64,000 nucleotides of DNA from an uncultured Gammaproteobacteria bacterium. Lineage in GTDB: Bacteria; Pseudomonadota; Gammaproteobacteria; JACCXJ01. Position 1 is the stretch's first letter. Each line of letters opens with the position of its first letter. The stretch spans positions 1 through 64,000 of the forward strand of contig CAVXTM010000005.1 in the NCBI GenBank assembly GCA_963764725.1. The letters are read 5' to 3'. The notes beneath the pieces were generated by a model. It had not been told where the DNA came from and searched no databases. It was given only the letters and a program-made list of their open reading frames with translations. The translations under genes and the position numbers were made by a program. This document shows positions 11,724-20,475 of the stretch, in pieces.

Positions 11724-12848
11724 ATGCTTGCAGACTGCATCGTAGTGGGCGGGGGCGTGATCGGAATGCTCACCGCGTGGGAACTGACCAAGGCAGGGTG
11801 TAAGGTCGTCCTTCTCGAACGCCATCGCCTGGGACAGGAGGCATCCTGGGCCGGGGCAGGTGTACTCGGGCCTCTGCCGCCTTGGAGCATCCCGAGCGCG
11901 CTCGATCCCCTCCTGCGCTGGAGCCAGGTCCGTTATCCGGAGTTGGCTCGCGAGCTAGGCGATCTGACCGGCATCGATTGCGAATGGGTGCAATCGGGAC
12001 TCTTGCTGCTTGACGCGGCGTTCAACGGCGAAACCTTCTCCTGGGCTAGACAACATAGCCATAACCCCTGCGAGATCCTTAGCCCTGCGGAACTACAGGC
12101 TCTGGAACCGCGGGTGCACGCATCCGACCAGGCCCTGCGGTGCCCCGAGGTGGCCCAGATCCGTAATCCGCGGTTGCTGCGTGCTCTCGCGGCCGTAACG
12201 CGTCAAGCCGGTGTTGGTATCTACGAGAACACGCAGGTAGCTTCAGTTACCGTGTCCCATCATCGGGTGGTCGGTGTGAATAGCAGCGCGGGTCGCTTTT
12301 TGAGCGAAACGGTCGTTATCGCCGGCGGCGCATGGAGTGGCCAACTACTCGCCGAACTGCCCTTCCCTCCGGCGCTGGCGCCGGTACGCGGGCAAATGCT
12401 TCTCTTCGAAACCCAAATGCCGCTTTTCCACCATATCCTGCTGCGCGAGGAAATCTACGCGGTGCCCCGCAGCGACGGGCGTGTCCTAATCGGCAGCACG
12501 CTTGAGCGTGTGGGGTTCGACAAGTCGGTCACGCCGAGGGCTCGATCCGTTTTGGAAGCGGCCGCGTTCGGACTGGTTCCGGGACTAGAGCAAGCTAAAT
12601 TCGTAGGGCATTGGTCGGGATTGAGGCCCTATGCAGAACGCGACACACCGATCATCGCGGCCCATCCCGCAATCCGCGGGCTGTATGCGAATACCGGGCA
12701 TTATCGATTGGGTGTGACCTTGGCACCGGGATCGGCGCGCTTAGTCGCGGACGTGATCTTGGTACGCTCGCCGGTCGTCGACCGGGAAGTGTTTGCTTGG
12801 CCGGGTTTTGAGCAAGGGAGCCGAGAGGGTGCAAGCAGCCAGCGTTAG
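11724..12848 (+). CDS. thiO: Glycine oxidase ThiO-like FAD-dependent oxidoreductase
   Basis: GGGVIG, ASWAGAG, PVRGQM, GLRP, GHYRLG. Confidence 0.8.
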   Translation: MLADCIVVGGGVIGMLTAWELTKAGCKVVLLERHRLGQEASWAGAGVLGPLPPWSIPSALDPLLRWSQVRYPELARELGDLTGIDCEWVQSGLLLLDAAFNGETFSWARQHSHNPCEILSPAELQALEPRVHASDQALRCPEVAQIRNPRLLRALAAVTRQAGVGIYENTQVASVTVSHHRVVGVNSSAGRFLSETVVIAGGAWSGQLLAELPFPPALAPVRGQMLLFETQMPLFHHILLREEIYAVPRSDGRVLIGSTLERVGFDKSVTPRARSVLEAAAFGLVPGLEQAKFVGHWSGLRPYAERDTPIIAAHPAIRGLYANTGHYRLGVTLAPGSARLVADVILVRSPVVDREVFAWPGFEQGSREGASSQR

Positions 12849-12895
12849 GCGTACACTTACGATCAAACTCGGACAGAGCACCTTAAGCGTATTCG

Positions 12896-13306
12896 ATGCT
12901 CGTTCACGATGAATCCGCCGCCGTTCATCTATTGCAACGGCAAGCTATCAAGCCGACGGCCCAGCGCGTGGAGATCGCGCTGCTGTTGCTGCAAGGGCAT
13001 CAACACTTATCGGCCGAGCAGGTGCTCGACCGGCTTCGGCGCCGCGGCAAAGCGGTATCCAAGGCCACCGTGTACAACACCTTGCGGCTTTTCGCGGCGC
13101 GCGGCATCGTCCAGCAGGTCATCGTCGATCCGGAACGGGTGTTTTATGATTCGAATACCAGCGCTCACTTTCATTTCTATAACGTAGACCAGGGGGCTTT
13201 GATCGACCTCGATCCCGACGCATTGCACATTCCGGAGCTGCCGGCCTTGCCTTGCGGAACCGTGCAAGAAGCCGTGGATGTTATCGTAAGGATTCGAGAT
13301 AAGTAA
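12896..13306 (+). CDS. Fur family transcriptional regulator (Irr/PerR-like)
   Basis: TAQR..I, HLSAE, SKATVYNTL, HFHFY; lacks CxxC. Confidence 0.88.
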   Translation: MLVHDESAAVHLLQRQAIKPTAQRVEIALLLLQGHQHLSAEQVLDRLRRRGKAVSKATVYNTLRLFAARGIVQQVIVDPERVFYDSNTSAHFHFYNVDQGALIDLDPDALHIPELPALPCGTVQEAVDVIVRIRDK

Positions 13307-13355
13307 TAACGCATCATTTTACGGAATCACCATATTGCATATTTGGGTTGACTTA

Positions 13356-13499
13356 GGGAAACTCTGAATAAGTGTTATGAGCACGCCCAGCTGCGCGAAG
13401 CCGCGCAGCGAGACGCGAGACATATCATGTAGATAGGCGAGCGGCGAGCGAGCACGCGACAAAGCAGATGGGCGGCGCAGTAGCTTATTCAGAGTTTCC
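13356..13499. mobile_element. MITE (family A) with IS5-like terminal inverted repeats
   Basis: Perfect 16-bp IR GGAAACTCTGAATAAG / CTTATTCAGAGTTTCC flanked by TTAG and TCAG; non-coding interior. Confidence 0.8.
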
Positions 13500-13516
13500 T
13501 CAGGGCGCACGCATTC

Positions 13517-13589
<73 letters not shown>

Positions 13590-13845
13590 TCAATATGATC
13601 AATGCCTTATAAAGCTCATCCGATGGTTCATTCGCCAGAAGGGACGCTGGCGGAACAGTAAGCTCCAACAAACCTCAAGACTCATTTTCTGGCACGCTAG
13701 TCCGTGAAGGTCGAACTCATCACCATACCTGAGAGCTTAAGGCACTGGGGCATCGGGTCCAATCCGATGCCCCACTTTTACTCCTCTCGCCGCGCCCCGA
13801 CCTCACTTTCCGATTGCTGTCATAGAAAACGAACAGACCAAAAAG

Positions 13846-14313
13846 TTACTCTAGAAAGCATTGATCGGTCGCATTTACATACGATTTCCCCTGTTTCATT
13901 TCAGCGATCACGCACTTCCATTGGGCGGGGGTACGTCCGCCACCGCCTAAGGCACACCCTTCTATAAATTTCTGCTTAAATTCTTCGTTCACCCTCTGCT
14001 GCTTGGCGTTGAGCTTCATTGCCTCTCTGCACAATGCGACTTCTTGCCCCACTTCAGTCTCAGTGCAACCTGGGAGTCCAAAGGAGGAAAGTAACGTAAG
14101 AACTGCGATGAAGTGCCGTACATTAGAGCTCCGCTGACAATCGTAACCCAACTTCCTAATTGAAGTCTCTTTTCTTACAGATAGATGATCCCCTGCCCGC
14201 CTAGGACAAAGAAATACCATCACCTGTTCCCTTTCTGCTTTCACCGTCTTAATGGAGTGCCATGCCATCTTTTCACGCTCCACAATATACGCGCAACCGC
14301 TGGCGAACGACAC
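13846..14313 (-). CDS. Small Cys-rich putative lipoprotein; true start uncertain
   Basis: Lipobox-like VLTLLSSFGLPGC followed by four further Cys; lower GC. Confidence 0.4.
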   Translation of the reverse strand: MSFASGCAYIVEREKMAWHSIKTVKAEREQVMVFLCPRRAGDHLSVRKETSIRKLGYDCQRSSNVRHFIAVLTLLSSFGLPGCTETEVGQEVALCREAMKLNAKQQRVNEEFKQKFIEGCALGGGGRTPAQWKCVIAEMKQGKSYVNATDQCFLE

Positions 14314-14378
14314 GAGAAAATAAAAGAGGACGCGAAACGGGAGTGCATCGCAACATTGATGGATCGAACTGTCTTGCT

Positions 14379-14573
14379 TCAGTTTTGCATCGTCCGCCCA
14401 GGCAGATGACCGTTGCGAACCAGTCGTTGCCGTCCCCCCGCCGTTTCCTGCCTCATGAAACCTTCCAGAAAAACCGAAACCTCCGCTTCAATCACCGCTC
14501 CCAGTATCCGTTGCGCACCCTCCCGCAGAATATCCGTTAGCGCATCCGACACCGGGGCCGGCGACAGGATCAC
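14379..14573 (-). pseudogene. IS256-family transposase N-terminal fragment
   Basis: DALTDILREGAQRILGAVIEAEV...RLVRNGHLPGRTMQ matches IS256 N-termini; the rest is absent. Confidence 0.75.
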
Positions 14574-14772
14574 TGTCGCCTGCTTACACTTTGATCAGTT
14601 TCCAGTACGACTTCGCTCGTCAGTCATGACATCAACGGCTATTAAGCTTGCCGGCGGGCTTAATCCGAGCGATGAACATGTTTTTTTGCAGCCTCTCTTC
14701 GGGTAGAAAAAGAAACGCTCCAGAGCGTGAGGAAGTACCCGGACGCCTCAGAGTTTATATGCTCGGTGCGAA

Positions 14773-15165
14773 ATGTCACCGACCATGCGGTCAAGGTTAC
14801 CGTACCGTTCTTTGCAATGGAGTTGGCGCCCGAGCTTGATGATGAAGAAATGGAATGGTCGCTTGAAGCGAATCGAGTGCAGTATTGTCGCTCCAGAGAA
14901 GAAAAGGCTCAACAAATTGCGGACGTATATCGTTTCGGAATTGAGCGAGGAGAAACAAGCCAAAGTGAAATTCTTCCTTCCTGATGACTTCCTCTCGTAT
15001 TTGGAGGATCGTGAAAGCAAACAGCAGAAAGAAGAAACTACTGTACGGGGATACAAGGTGAAGGTGAAATACCAGGCACTTGATGATGAACAGCAACAAG
15101 CGCGAAAACAAGCCATCGCGGACGTGATCGTGAAATCGATGAAGAGGATGAAGGAGGAGAAGTAA
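14773..15165 (+). CDS. Hypothetical basic protein, possibly the C-terminal fragment of a larger gene
   Basis: Low-GC ORF with protein-like composition; no family recognised. Confidence 0.45.
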   Translation: MSPTMRSRLPYRSLQWSWRPSLMMKKWNGRLKRIECSIVAPEKKRLNKLRTYIVSELSEEKQAKVKFFLPDDFLSYLEDRESKQQKEETTVRGYKVKVKYQALDDEQQQARKQAIADVIVKSMKRMKEEK

Positions 15166-15242
15166 GCAAGACAATTTCCAGCTCCGAAGCAGCAGATTTG
15201 GATGGCATTCTTGCTAGTTTTTAGCTAGCGTTATAGCTTGGA

Positions 15243-15548
15243 ATGATTTCTCGGGGTACTTTGAAGATGGTTCTAATCAAAACAGCTGTAATTTGGTCGG
15301 TCTTTGTAATGGTGTCCGTTTCATCGACCGATAGTTACCCACAAAATAAAACCGAGAGATTAGAACAGGGCACTCAGCCGCTCAATGCTCAGTCATCGCA
15401 ATCAGTCGCGCCTGGTGAGAATTCACAACCTCAAAGCAAAATAGGAACAGTACCAGAAGAAACGAAGAAGTCGCCGGCTGTCCCTCTGTATGTGCGAACT
15501 CCGGTACTTGCGCTACTTGCGCCGGATCGGATTGATAGTCATGGGTGA
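15243..15548 (+). CDS. Hypothetical exported protein (possibly truncated)
   Basis: Signal-peptide-like N-terminus followed by a Q/S/P-rich linker. Confidence 0.35.
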   Translation: MISRGTLKMVLIKTAVIWSVFVMVSVSSTDSYPQNKTERLEQGTQPLNAQSSQSVAPGENSQPQSKIGTVPEETKKSPAVPLYVRTPVLALLAPDRIDSHG

Positions 15549-15573
15549 ATGAAAAGCCGAGGCGCCGGCCCGC

Positions 15574-16275
15574 CTAACTTTTTATGTACTCGGCCCATTT
15601 CTTATACATCTCGTCCCGAGGAGCTGCTTGTCCAGAATTGATCTCCGTCTGGATCTGGGAAATCTTGTCCTGCGTCTCTTTGAGTATCCGCCACCGCTCT
15701 ACTTGCTGCTTATGCGCGTCTTCCGCGATCCTGCGGCTGAGCGCGTCCGCTGACGTCTGATCGCTCAGCGCTCGCTCGAGCAGGTCCTTGGTCTTCTGTT
15801 CTTCCTTACGCAGGAGTTCGTTGACCGCCTTGCGAATGCCCTTGGCGACGCTGCGGAATGCCTCATCGCGATTGGGCCAGGTCGTGACAGGATCATCGCC
15901 CTCCGGCAACCATTGGATTTCGCCAAACGGAGCGCCTTCCCAGTCGGCGGGGCGCAACATGACGGGAATCACCGTCGCTTCCCCCGCTTCGTGACGAGCG
16001 AGCGCGATCGTCATCTCGACGCCATAGCAGTAATCGGAGGCAAGGAAATCGGCGCTGATGAGCAGCAAAATGATTTGCGCGATCTGGAGGTGCTGATCAA
16101 TACGATCGGCCCAGACTCGTCCCGCGCCGATCTCCCGGTCGTGCCAAGTGGTGATTACGCCGGTTCGACGCAGGATGCTCAGGTGCTTCTCGAGCTCCTT
16201 CCGCAGATCTTCATCTTCGTGAGCATACGAGAAAAAAACCGCTATGGCCGGCTTAGACGTCAGATGTGCGAACAT
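15574..16275 (-). CDS. TIR-domain protein with C-terminal helical tail
   Basis: VFFSYAHED, WHDREI.AG..W, LLLISADFLASDYCYGVEM (catalytic Glu position), VIPVMLRP. Confidence 0.9.
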   Translation of the reverse strand: MFAHLTSKPAIAVFFSYAHEDEDLRKELEKHLSILRRTGVITTWHDREIGAGRVWADRIDQHLQIAQIILLLISADFLASDYCYGVEMTIALARHEAGEATVIPVMLRPADWEGAPFGEIQWLPEGDDPVTTWPNRDEAFRSVAKGIRKAVNELLRKEEQKTKDLLERALSDQTSADALSRRIAEDAHKQQVERWRILKETQDKISQIQTEINSGQAAPRDEMYKKWAEYIKS

Positions 16276-16619
16276 CGTCGGGCCTGCACAATCCAGAAAA
16301 TTTGAAAGCCTCGCGAAGTCGCTAGGTGTTCTGAACAATGATGCTTCGGGACTATCCTAGTGAAGTTCTCCATCTTCACCGCCGCTCGGCGCGCGATTCG
16401 ACGGTAGATCTCCGTAACTCGCTGTCCAGATCGGAGACCAAAGAATAAGAACTTTAAATGCCCTTTTTTTTCGAGGGGGAAGATACGACTGGAGCTGTTA
16501 GCTGTCAATCACGCGCTATCTTGGTTGCCGAGGTATGCTGTTCTGCCCATCAACACAACAAACTCGATCGTTTGTGCCGCTACGTCACCTGTACGCCAGG
16601 CTAAGCCTGGGAGAGCGTC

Positions 16620-16751
16620 CTAGCGGTCACTGGCGTTCCAACCGCCGTAAGAGCCTCGGACGTTGCCATCTGCGCCATCTCGCCGAGGTCGGTACGCCCA
16701 CCGATCGCGGCGCAAGTGGGCATTCACAGCGCCCGAGCGGATATGTCCCAT
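16620..16751 (-). pseudogene. Internally deleted relic of a QueC-associated (QatB-like) defence gene
   Basis: GGAGG RBS then MGHIRSG, followed after a frameshift by GGRTDLGEMAQMATSEALTAV. Family recalled from memory, not searched. Confidence 0.45.
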
Positions 16752-17048
16752 TCTTCCCTCCCTTCACGTTTTTCTGGGATCAATGGAAACCAGGCCATGG
16801 CGAGCGTTTGGCATCTGCCGAAAGAAGTCCTTAGCGAGTAGTGCCGTGCCATGCTGTACCCTTCCTAATGGCAATTCTTTTCAAGAGCTTGGATTGTATC
16901 GGACGCTACTGTACATTGAAGTACGACTTTTTTTAAGGGGGGCAATAGCTACCGCCAAGACTACAATGCTGACCTTTCGCGCGCACAACGGCATTTCGAT
17001 CCCCGAGCATGCAGTCTATTTTGGTGACGGAACTAAAGACGCAGTTCA

Positions 17049-19763
17049 ATGGCACTACACCCTGACTTCCCGAAATCACCCTACGCGGCTCTGCTGCCGA
17101 ACCAGCGGTGGTTCCCAGCTGCAGAGGAGCTTCGCAGTACGGCCTATGAACGGCTGCTGCCTCCGTTGGTCGCCAAGATTTGCGACGAGGTTACCGATTG
17201 GCGAGGGTCGCATTACGCAGGAGCTTCCAATACATCCCGCGCACTCCTGAACTGGTGGTTTGAGACCGAGCGCCTGGTAGAGCAAGCCGACGGCACGTTG
17301 TCCCCGTTCCGCTATTACTTCGCCCAGCGTGAAGCCGTAGAGACCGTGATCTGGTTACACGACGTACGCCACGTGCAAGACAAATTTGACTTGATGCGTT
17401 TCGACGCTTCGGGTGCCGTGTCAGCCGGCATGTTTGAGGAGGATTGGTCGCGCTACGTGGTGAAGATGGCCACGGGCGCCGGCAAGACCAAGGTCATCTC
17501 CTTGCTCATGGCCTGGAGCTACTTCCACAAACTCTATGAGCCCGGCTCGACGCTCGCACGCAATTTCCTGCTGATTGCGCCGAATATCATCGTGCTTGAT
17601 CGCCTACGTGCAGATTTCGACGGACTGCGCATCTTCTTCAACGATCCGATCCTGCCAGACAACGGCCACGAGGGACATAACTGGCGCGACGACTTCCAGA
17701 TCAGCCTGCACATTCAGGATGACGTGCGGGTGCAGCGGGATACCGGCAACCTATTTCTAACCAACATCCATCGCGTCTATCTCGGCGATGTCCGCGAGCC
17801 ATCTCTCGAAGACGACGACCTTCGTGACTACTTCCTCTCGCCCTTCGGCCCCAAGCCGGTCGGGAAGACGACCGACAGCGGAGCGGATCTCGGTGAAATC
17901 GTCCGCGAGCTGGACGAGCTGGTGGTGTTCAACGACGAGGCGCACCATATCCATGACCCACGCATGGCGTGGTTCAAGAGTATTCAGGATATTCACCATC
18001 GGATGCTCCAAAAAGACGGCCGCCTCGCCTTGCAGGTGGATGTGACCGCCACGCCTCGGCATAACAACGGCGCCATCTTTGTGCAGACCGTGTCGGATTA
18101 TCCGCTGGTCGAGGCTATCCACCAGAACGTCGTAAAGCACCCGGTCCTACCGGATGCGCCCAGCCGCGCGCGCTTGCAGGAGCACAAGAGCGCCATTTTT
18201 TCCGAGCACTACGCCGATTATCTGCAACTCGGCATCGAAGAATGGTGCAAGAGCTACAAAGAACACGAAGCCCTCGGCAAGAAAGCGGTATTGTTCGTTA
18301 TGGTGGACGACACGAGGAACTGTGACGAGGTCGGTGCCTGGCTAGAAAAAACCTGTCCTGAATTGCAAGGAGCAGTTTTAGTTATTCATACCAAGAACAA
18401 CGGCGAGATTTCCGAATCCGCGACCGGCAAAAAGAAAGAGGAGTTGGAACTGCTCCGGAAGCAGGCCCACGAAATCGATTCTTGGGCCAGCCCATTCAAG
18501 GCGATAGTCTCTGTACTGATGCTCAAGGAAGGTTGGGACGTGCGCAACGTCACCACCATCGTTGGCCTACGGGCCTTTGCGGCCCCTAGCAACATTCTTC
18601 CCGAGCAGACGTTGGGCCGGGGCCTGCGCCGCATGTACTTCGGCTCAGATATCCCCGAAGCCGTCTCGGTCATGGGCACGCCGGCGTTCATGGAGTTCGT
18701 CGAATCGATCCAGAGCGAAGGCGTGCAGCTCGAATATCGGCCAATGGGCGGCAGTGGCGGACGTGAAGATTCGCTGGTGGTCGAAGTGGACACCCAAAAC
18801 ACGGAGAAAAACCTCGATGCCCTGGACATCGAACTGCCGAGACTGTCTCGGCGGTTTAGCCGCGAATACAAGGATCTCGATGCCCTCGATCCCGGAAAGC
18901 TGGGCAATTCCAGGCTCCCGCTCAAATCCTTCACGCCGGAAGAAACCCGTGAGATCGTTTTCAAGACCATGCTGGATGCCGAGGTGCATCACACCATCCG
19001 GCTCGACGGAGCAGGCCCGGCGGACTACCGTTCGGTGGTCGCGTTCTTCGCCCGGCAGTTGTTGAAGGACCTGCGCTTGGTCGGCGGCTACGACGTGCTA
19101 TATCCCAAGGTGCGAGACTTCATGGCCGGGCATCTGTTCGCCGACTCGCCCGTGAGTCTCGAAGATCCAGTGGTGCTGCGCAACCTGTCCGAGCCCGAGG
19201 CCGGGAAGATCCTGTTCGACTCGTTCAAGCTATCCATCAACGCCCTCACGGTTCAGGATACCGGCACCTGCCGGATCGAAGATCGCATCCGCTTGCGCGA
19301 CACCCGACCGTTCCGCACCGAGAACCGGCGTTATTTCCAGCCCAAGAAATCGCTGTTCAGCAAGATCGTGGGCGAGCCGCGCGCCGGGGGATTCGAGCTG
19401 ACCTTCGCAAGCCTCCTCGATAGTGCGCCCGATGTCAGGGCCTTTGCCAAGAACTATCTCGCCGTCGGTTTCAAGATCGACTACGTCAAGGCCGACGGCG
19501 ATTTATCCACCTATACGCCAGATTTTATCGTCAAGACCACCGATGGCACGGTCTGGATCGTCGAGACCAAAGGCCGCGAAGAGCTTGACCTGCCGCAGAA
19601 GATGGCCAGGCTAAAGCAGTGGTGCGCGGATGCAACCCGCGCAAGCCGGGCCGAGGGCGGCCCTGAGTACCGGTTCGTTTATGTGGATCAGGAGGGCTTC
19701 GAGACGCACCGGCCGACACATTTTGCCGGGTTGGTTCAGGCGTTTCGGGATTACCAAAGTTGA
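17049..19763 (+). CDS. res: Type III restriction enzyme Res subunit (SF2 helicase plus PD-(D/E)xK nuclease)
   Basis: MATGAGKT, NDEAHH, TATP, LKEGWDV, QTLGRGLR, YTPDFIV...VETKG. Confidence 0.92.
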   Translation: MALHPDFPKSPYAALLPNQRWFPAAEELRSTAYERLLPPLVAKICDEVTDWRGSHYAGASNTSRALLNWWFETERLVEQADGTLSPFRYYFAQREAVETVIWLHDVRHVQDKFDLMRFDASGAVSAGMFEEDWSRYVVKMATGAGKTKVISLLMAWSYFHKLYEPGSTLARNFLLIAPNIIVLDRLRADFDGLRIFFNDPILPDNGHEGHNWRDDFQISLHIQDDVRVQRDTGNLFLTNIHRVYLGDVREPSLEDDDLRDYFLSPFGPKPVGKTTDSGADLGEIVRELDELVVFNDEAHHIHDPRMAWFKSIQDIHHRMLQKDGRLALQVDVTATPRHNNGAIFVQTVSDYPLVEAIHQNVVKHPVLPDAPSRARLQEHKSAIFSEHYADYLQLGIEEWCKSYKEHEALGKKAVLFVMVDDTRNCDEVGAWLEKTCPELQGAVLVIHTKNNGEISESATGKKKEELELLRKQAHEIDSWASPFKAIVSVLMLKEGWDVRNVTTIVGLRAFAAPSNILPEQTLGRGLRRMYFGSDIPEAVSVMGTPAFMEFVESIQSEGVQLEYRPMGGSGGREDSLVVEVDTQNTEKNLDALDIELPRLSRRFSREYKDLDALDPGKLGNSRLPLKSFTPEETREIVFKTMLDAEVHHTIRLDGAGPADYRSVVAFFARQLLKDLRLVGGYDVLYPKVRDFMAGHLFADSPVSLEDPVVLRNLSEPEAGKILFDSFKLSINALTVQDTGTCRIEDRIRLRDTRPFRTENRRYFQPKKSLFSKIVGEPRAGGFELTFASLLDSAPDVRAFAKNYLAVGFKIDYVKADGDLSTYTPDFIVKTTDGTVWIVETKGREELDLPQKMARLKQWCADATRASRAEGGPEYRFVYVDQEGFETHRPTHFAGLVQAFRDYQS

Positions 19764-19825
19764 TGAATGGACAGTTATTAGCTATACTAAGGCTATCCTT
19801 TTACTTCCTATTTGAAGGATTTCCC

Positions 19826-20056
19826 ATGAGCACGCTGGTCATCAAGAATCTTCCCGAAGAACTTCACGCACGCCTAAAAGAGCAGGCTCAGCGCCACCAT
19901 CGCTCCGTTACCAAGGAAGTGGTGAGCTTAATTGAGTCCGGGCTCGTAGTGCCTCCCCGCCAACCCCCAAAGCTGTCGCCACCACTGAAGCTGGCGGGGG
20001 GATACCGTCCCACCATCGAGGACATTGAAGCCGCCATCGCCGAGGGGCGTGACTGA
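19826..20056 (+). CDS. Ribbon-helix-helix (FitA/Arc-like) antitoxin
   Basis: MSTLVIKNLPEELHARLKEQAQRHHRS; directly upstream of the PIN toxin. Confidence 0.85.
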   Translation: MSTLVIKNLPEELHARLKEQAQRHHRSVTKEVVSLIESGLVVPPRQPPKLSPPLKLAGGYRPTIEDIEAAIAEGRD

Positions 20057-20068
20057 GCGTCGTCGGCG

Positions 20069-20473
20069 ATGGTATTGATCGACACCAACATCGCGGTCTC
20101 GCTGTGGGTAGAGAATGACTGGACGCATTCGGCGCGCCAGCTCTTGGAGCGGGATACTGACTGGCGCACGGAGGCCTTCGCGCTGATTGAGTTCAGCAAT
20201 GTCATGGCAACCTACATGCGTATGGGGCTGGCCAGCGAGCCCGATGCGCTTGCGCGGCTCGATGAGGCCGAGACATTCCTGAGACCAGGTATGATCCTCG
20301 TCAGCCACCGTCAAGCTTTGATCACCGCGATGACCTACAAGGTGTCAGCCTACGATGCCCGCTTTCTCGTCGCCGCACGCGAACTGGGGCTCAAGCTCAT
20401 TACCGAGGACGTTAAGCTGCGCCGCGCCGCACCCGAACTGACGCAATCGCTCGAAGAAGCCCTTGCGGCGTGA
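20069..20473 (+). CDS. vapC: PIN-domain VapC toxin
   Basis: VLIDTNI, EFSNV, SAYDA.F, LITED acidic tetrad. Confidence 0.9.
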   Translation: MVLIDTNIAVSLWVENDWTHSARQLLERDTDWRTEAFALIEFSNVMATYMRMGLASEPDALARLDEAETFLRPGMILVSHRQALITAMTYKVSAYDARFLVAARELGLKLITEDVKLRRAAPELTQSLEEALAA

Positions 20474-20475
20474 GC

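Noticed and set aside
13746-13772. Hairpin GGGGCATCGG-N7-CCGATGCCCC
   Set aside because: A real inverted repeat, perhaps a terminator, but the T tail is weak and no function can be assigned.
13782-13792. TCCTCTCGCCG matching the tRNA-Thr 3' end as a possible attR
   Set aside because: Only 11 bp and about 200 bp from the tRNA; could be chance, and no integrase is present.
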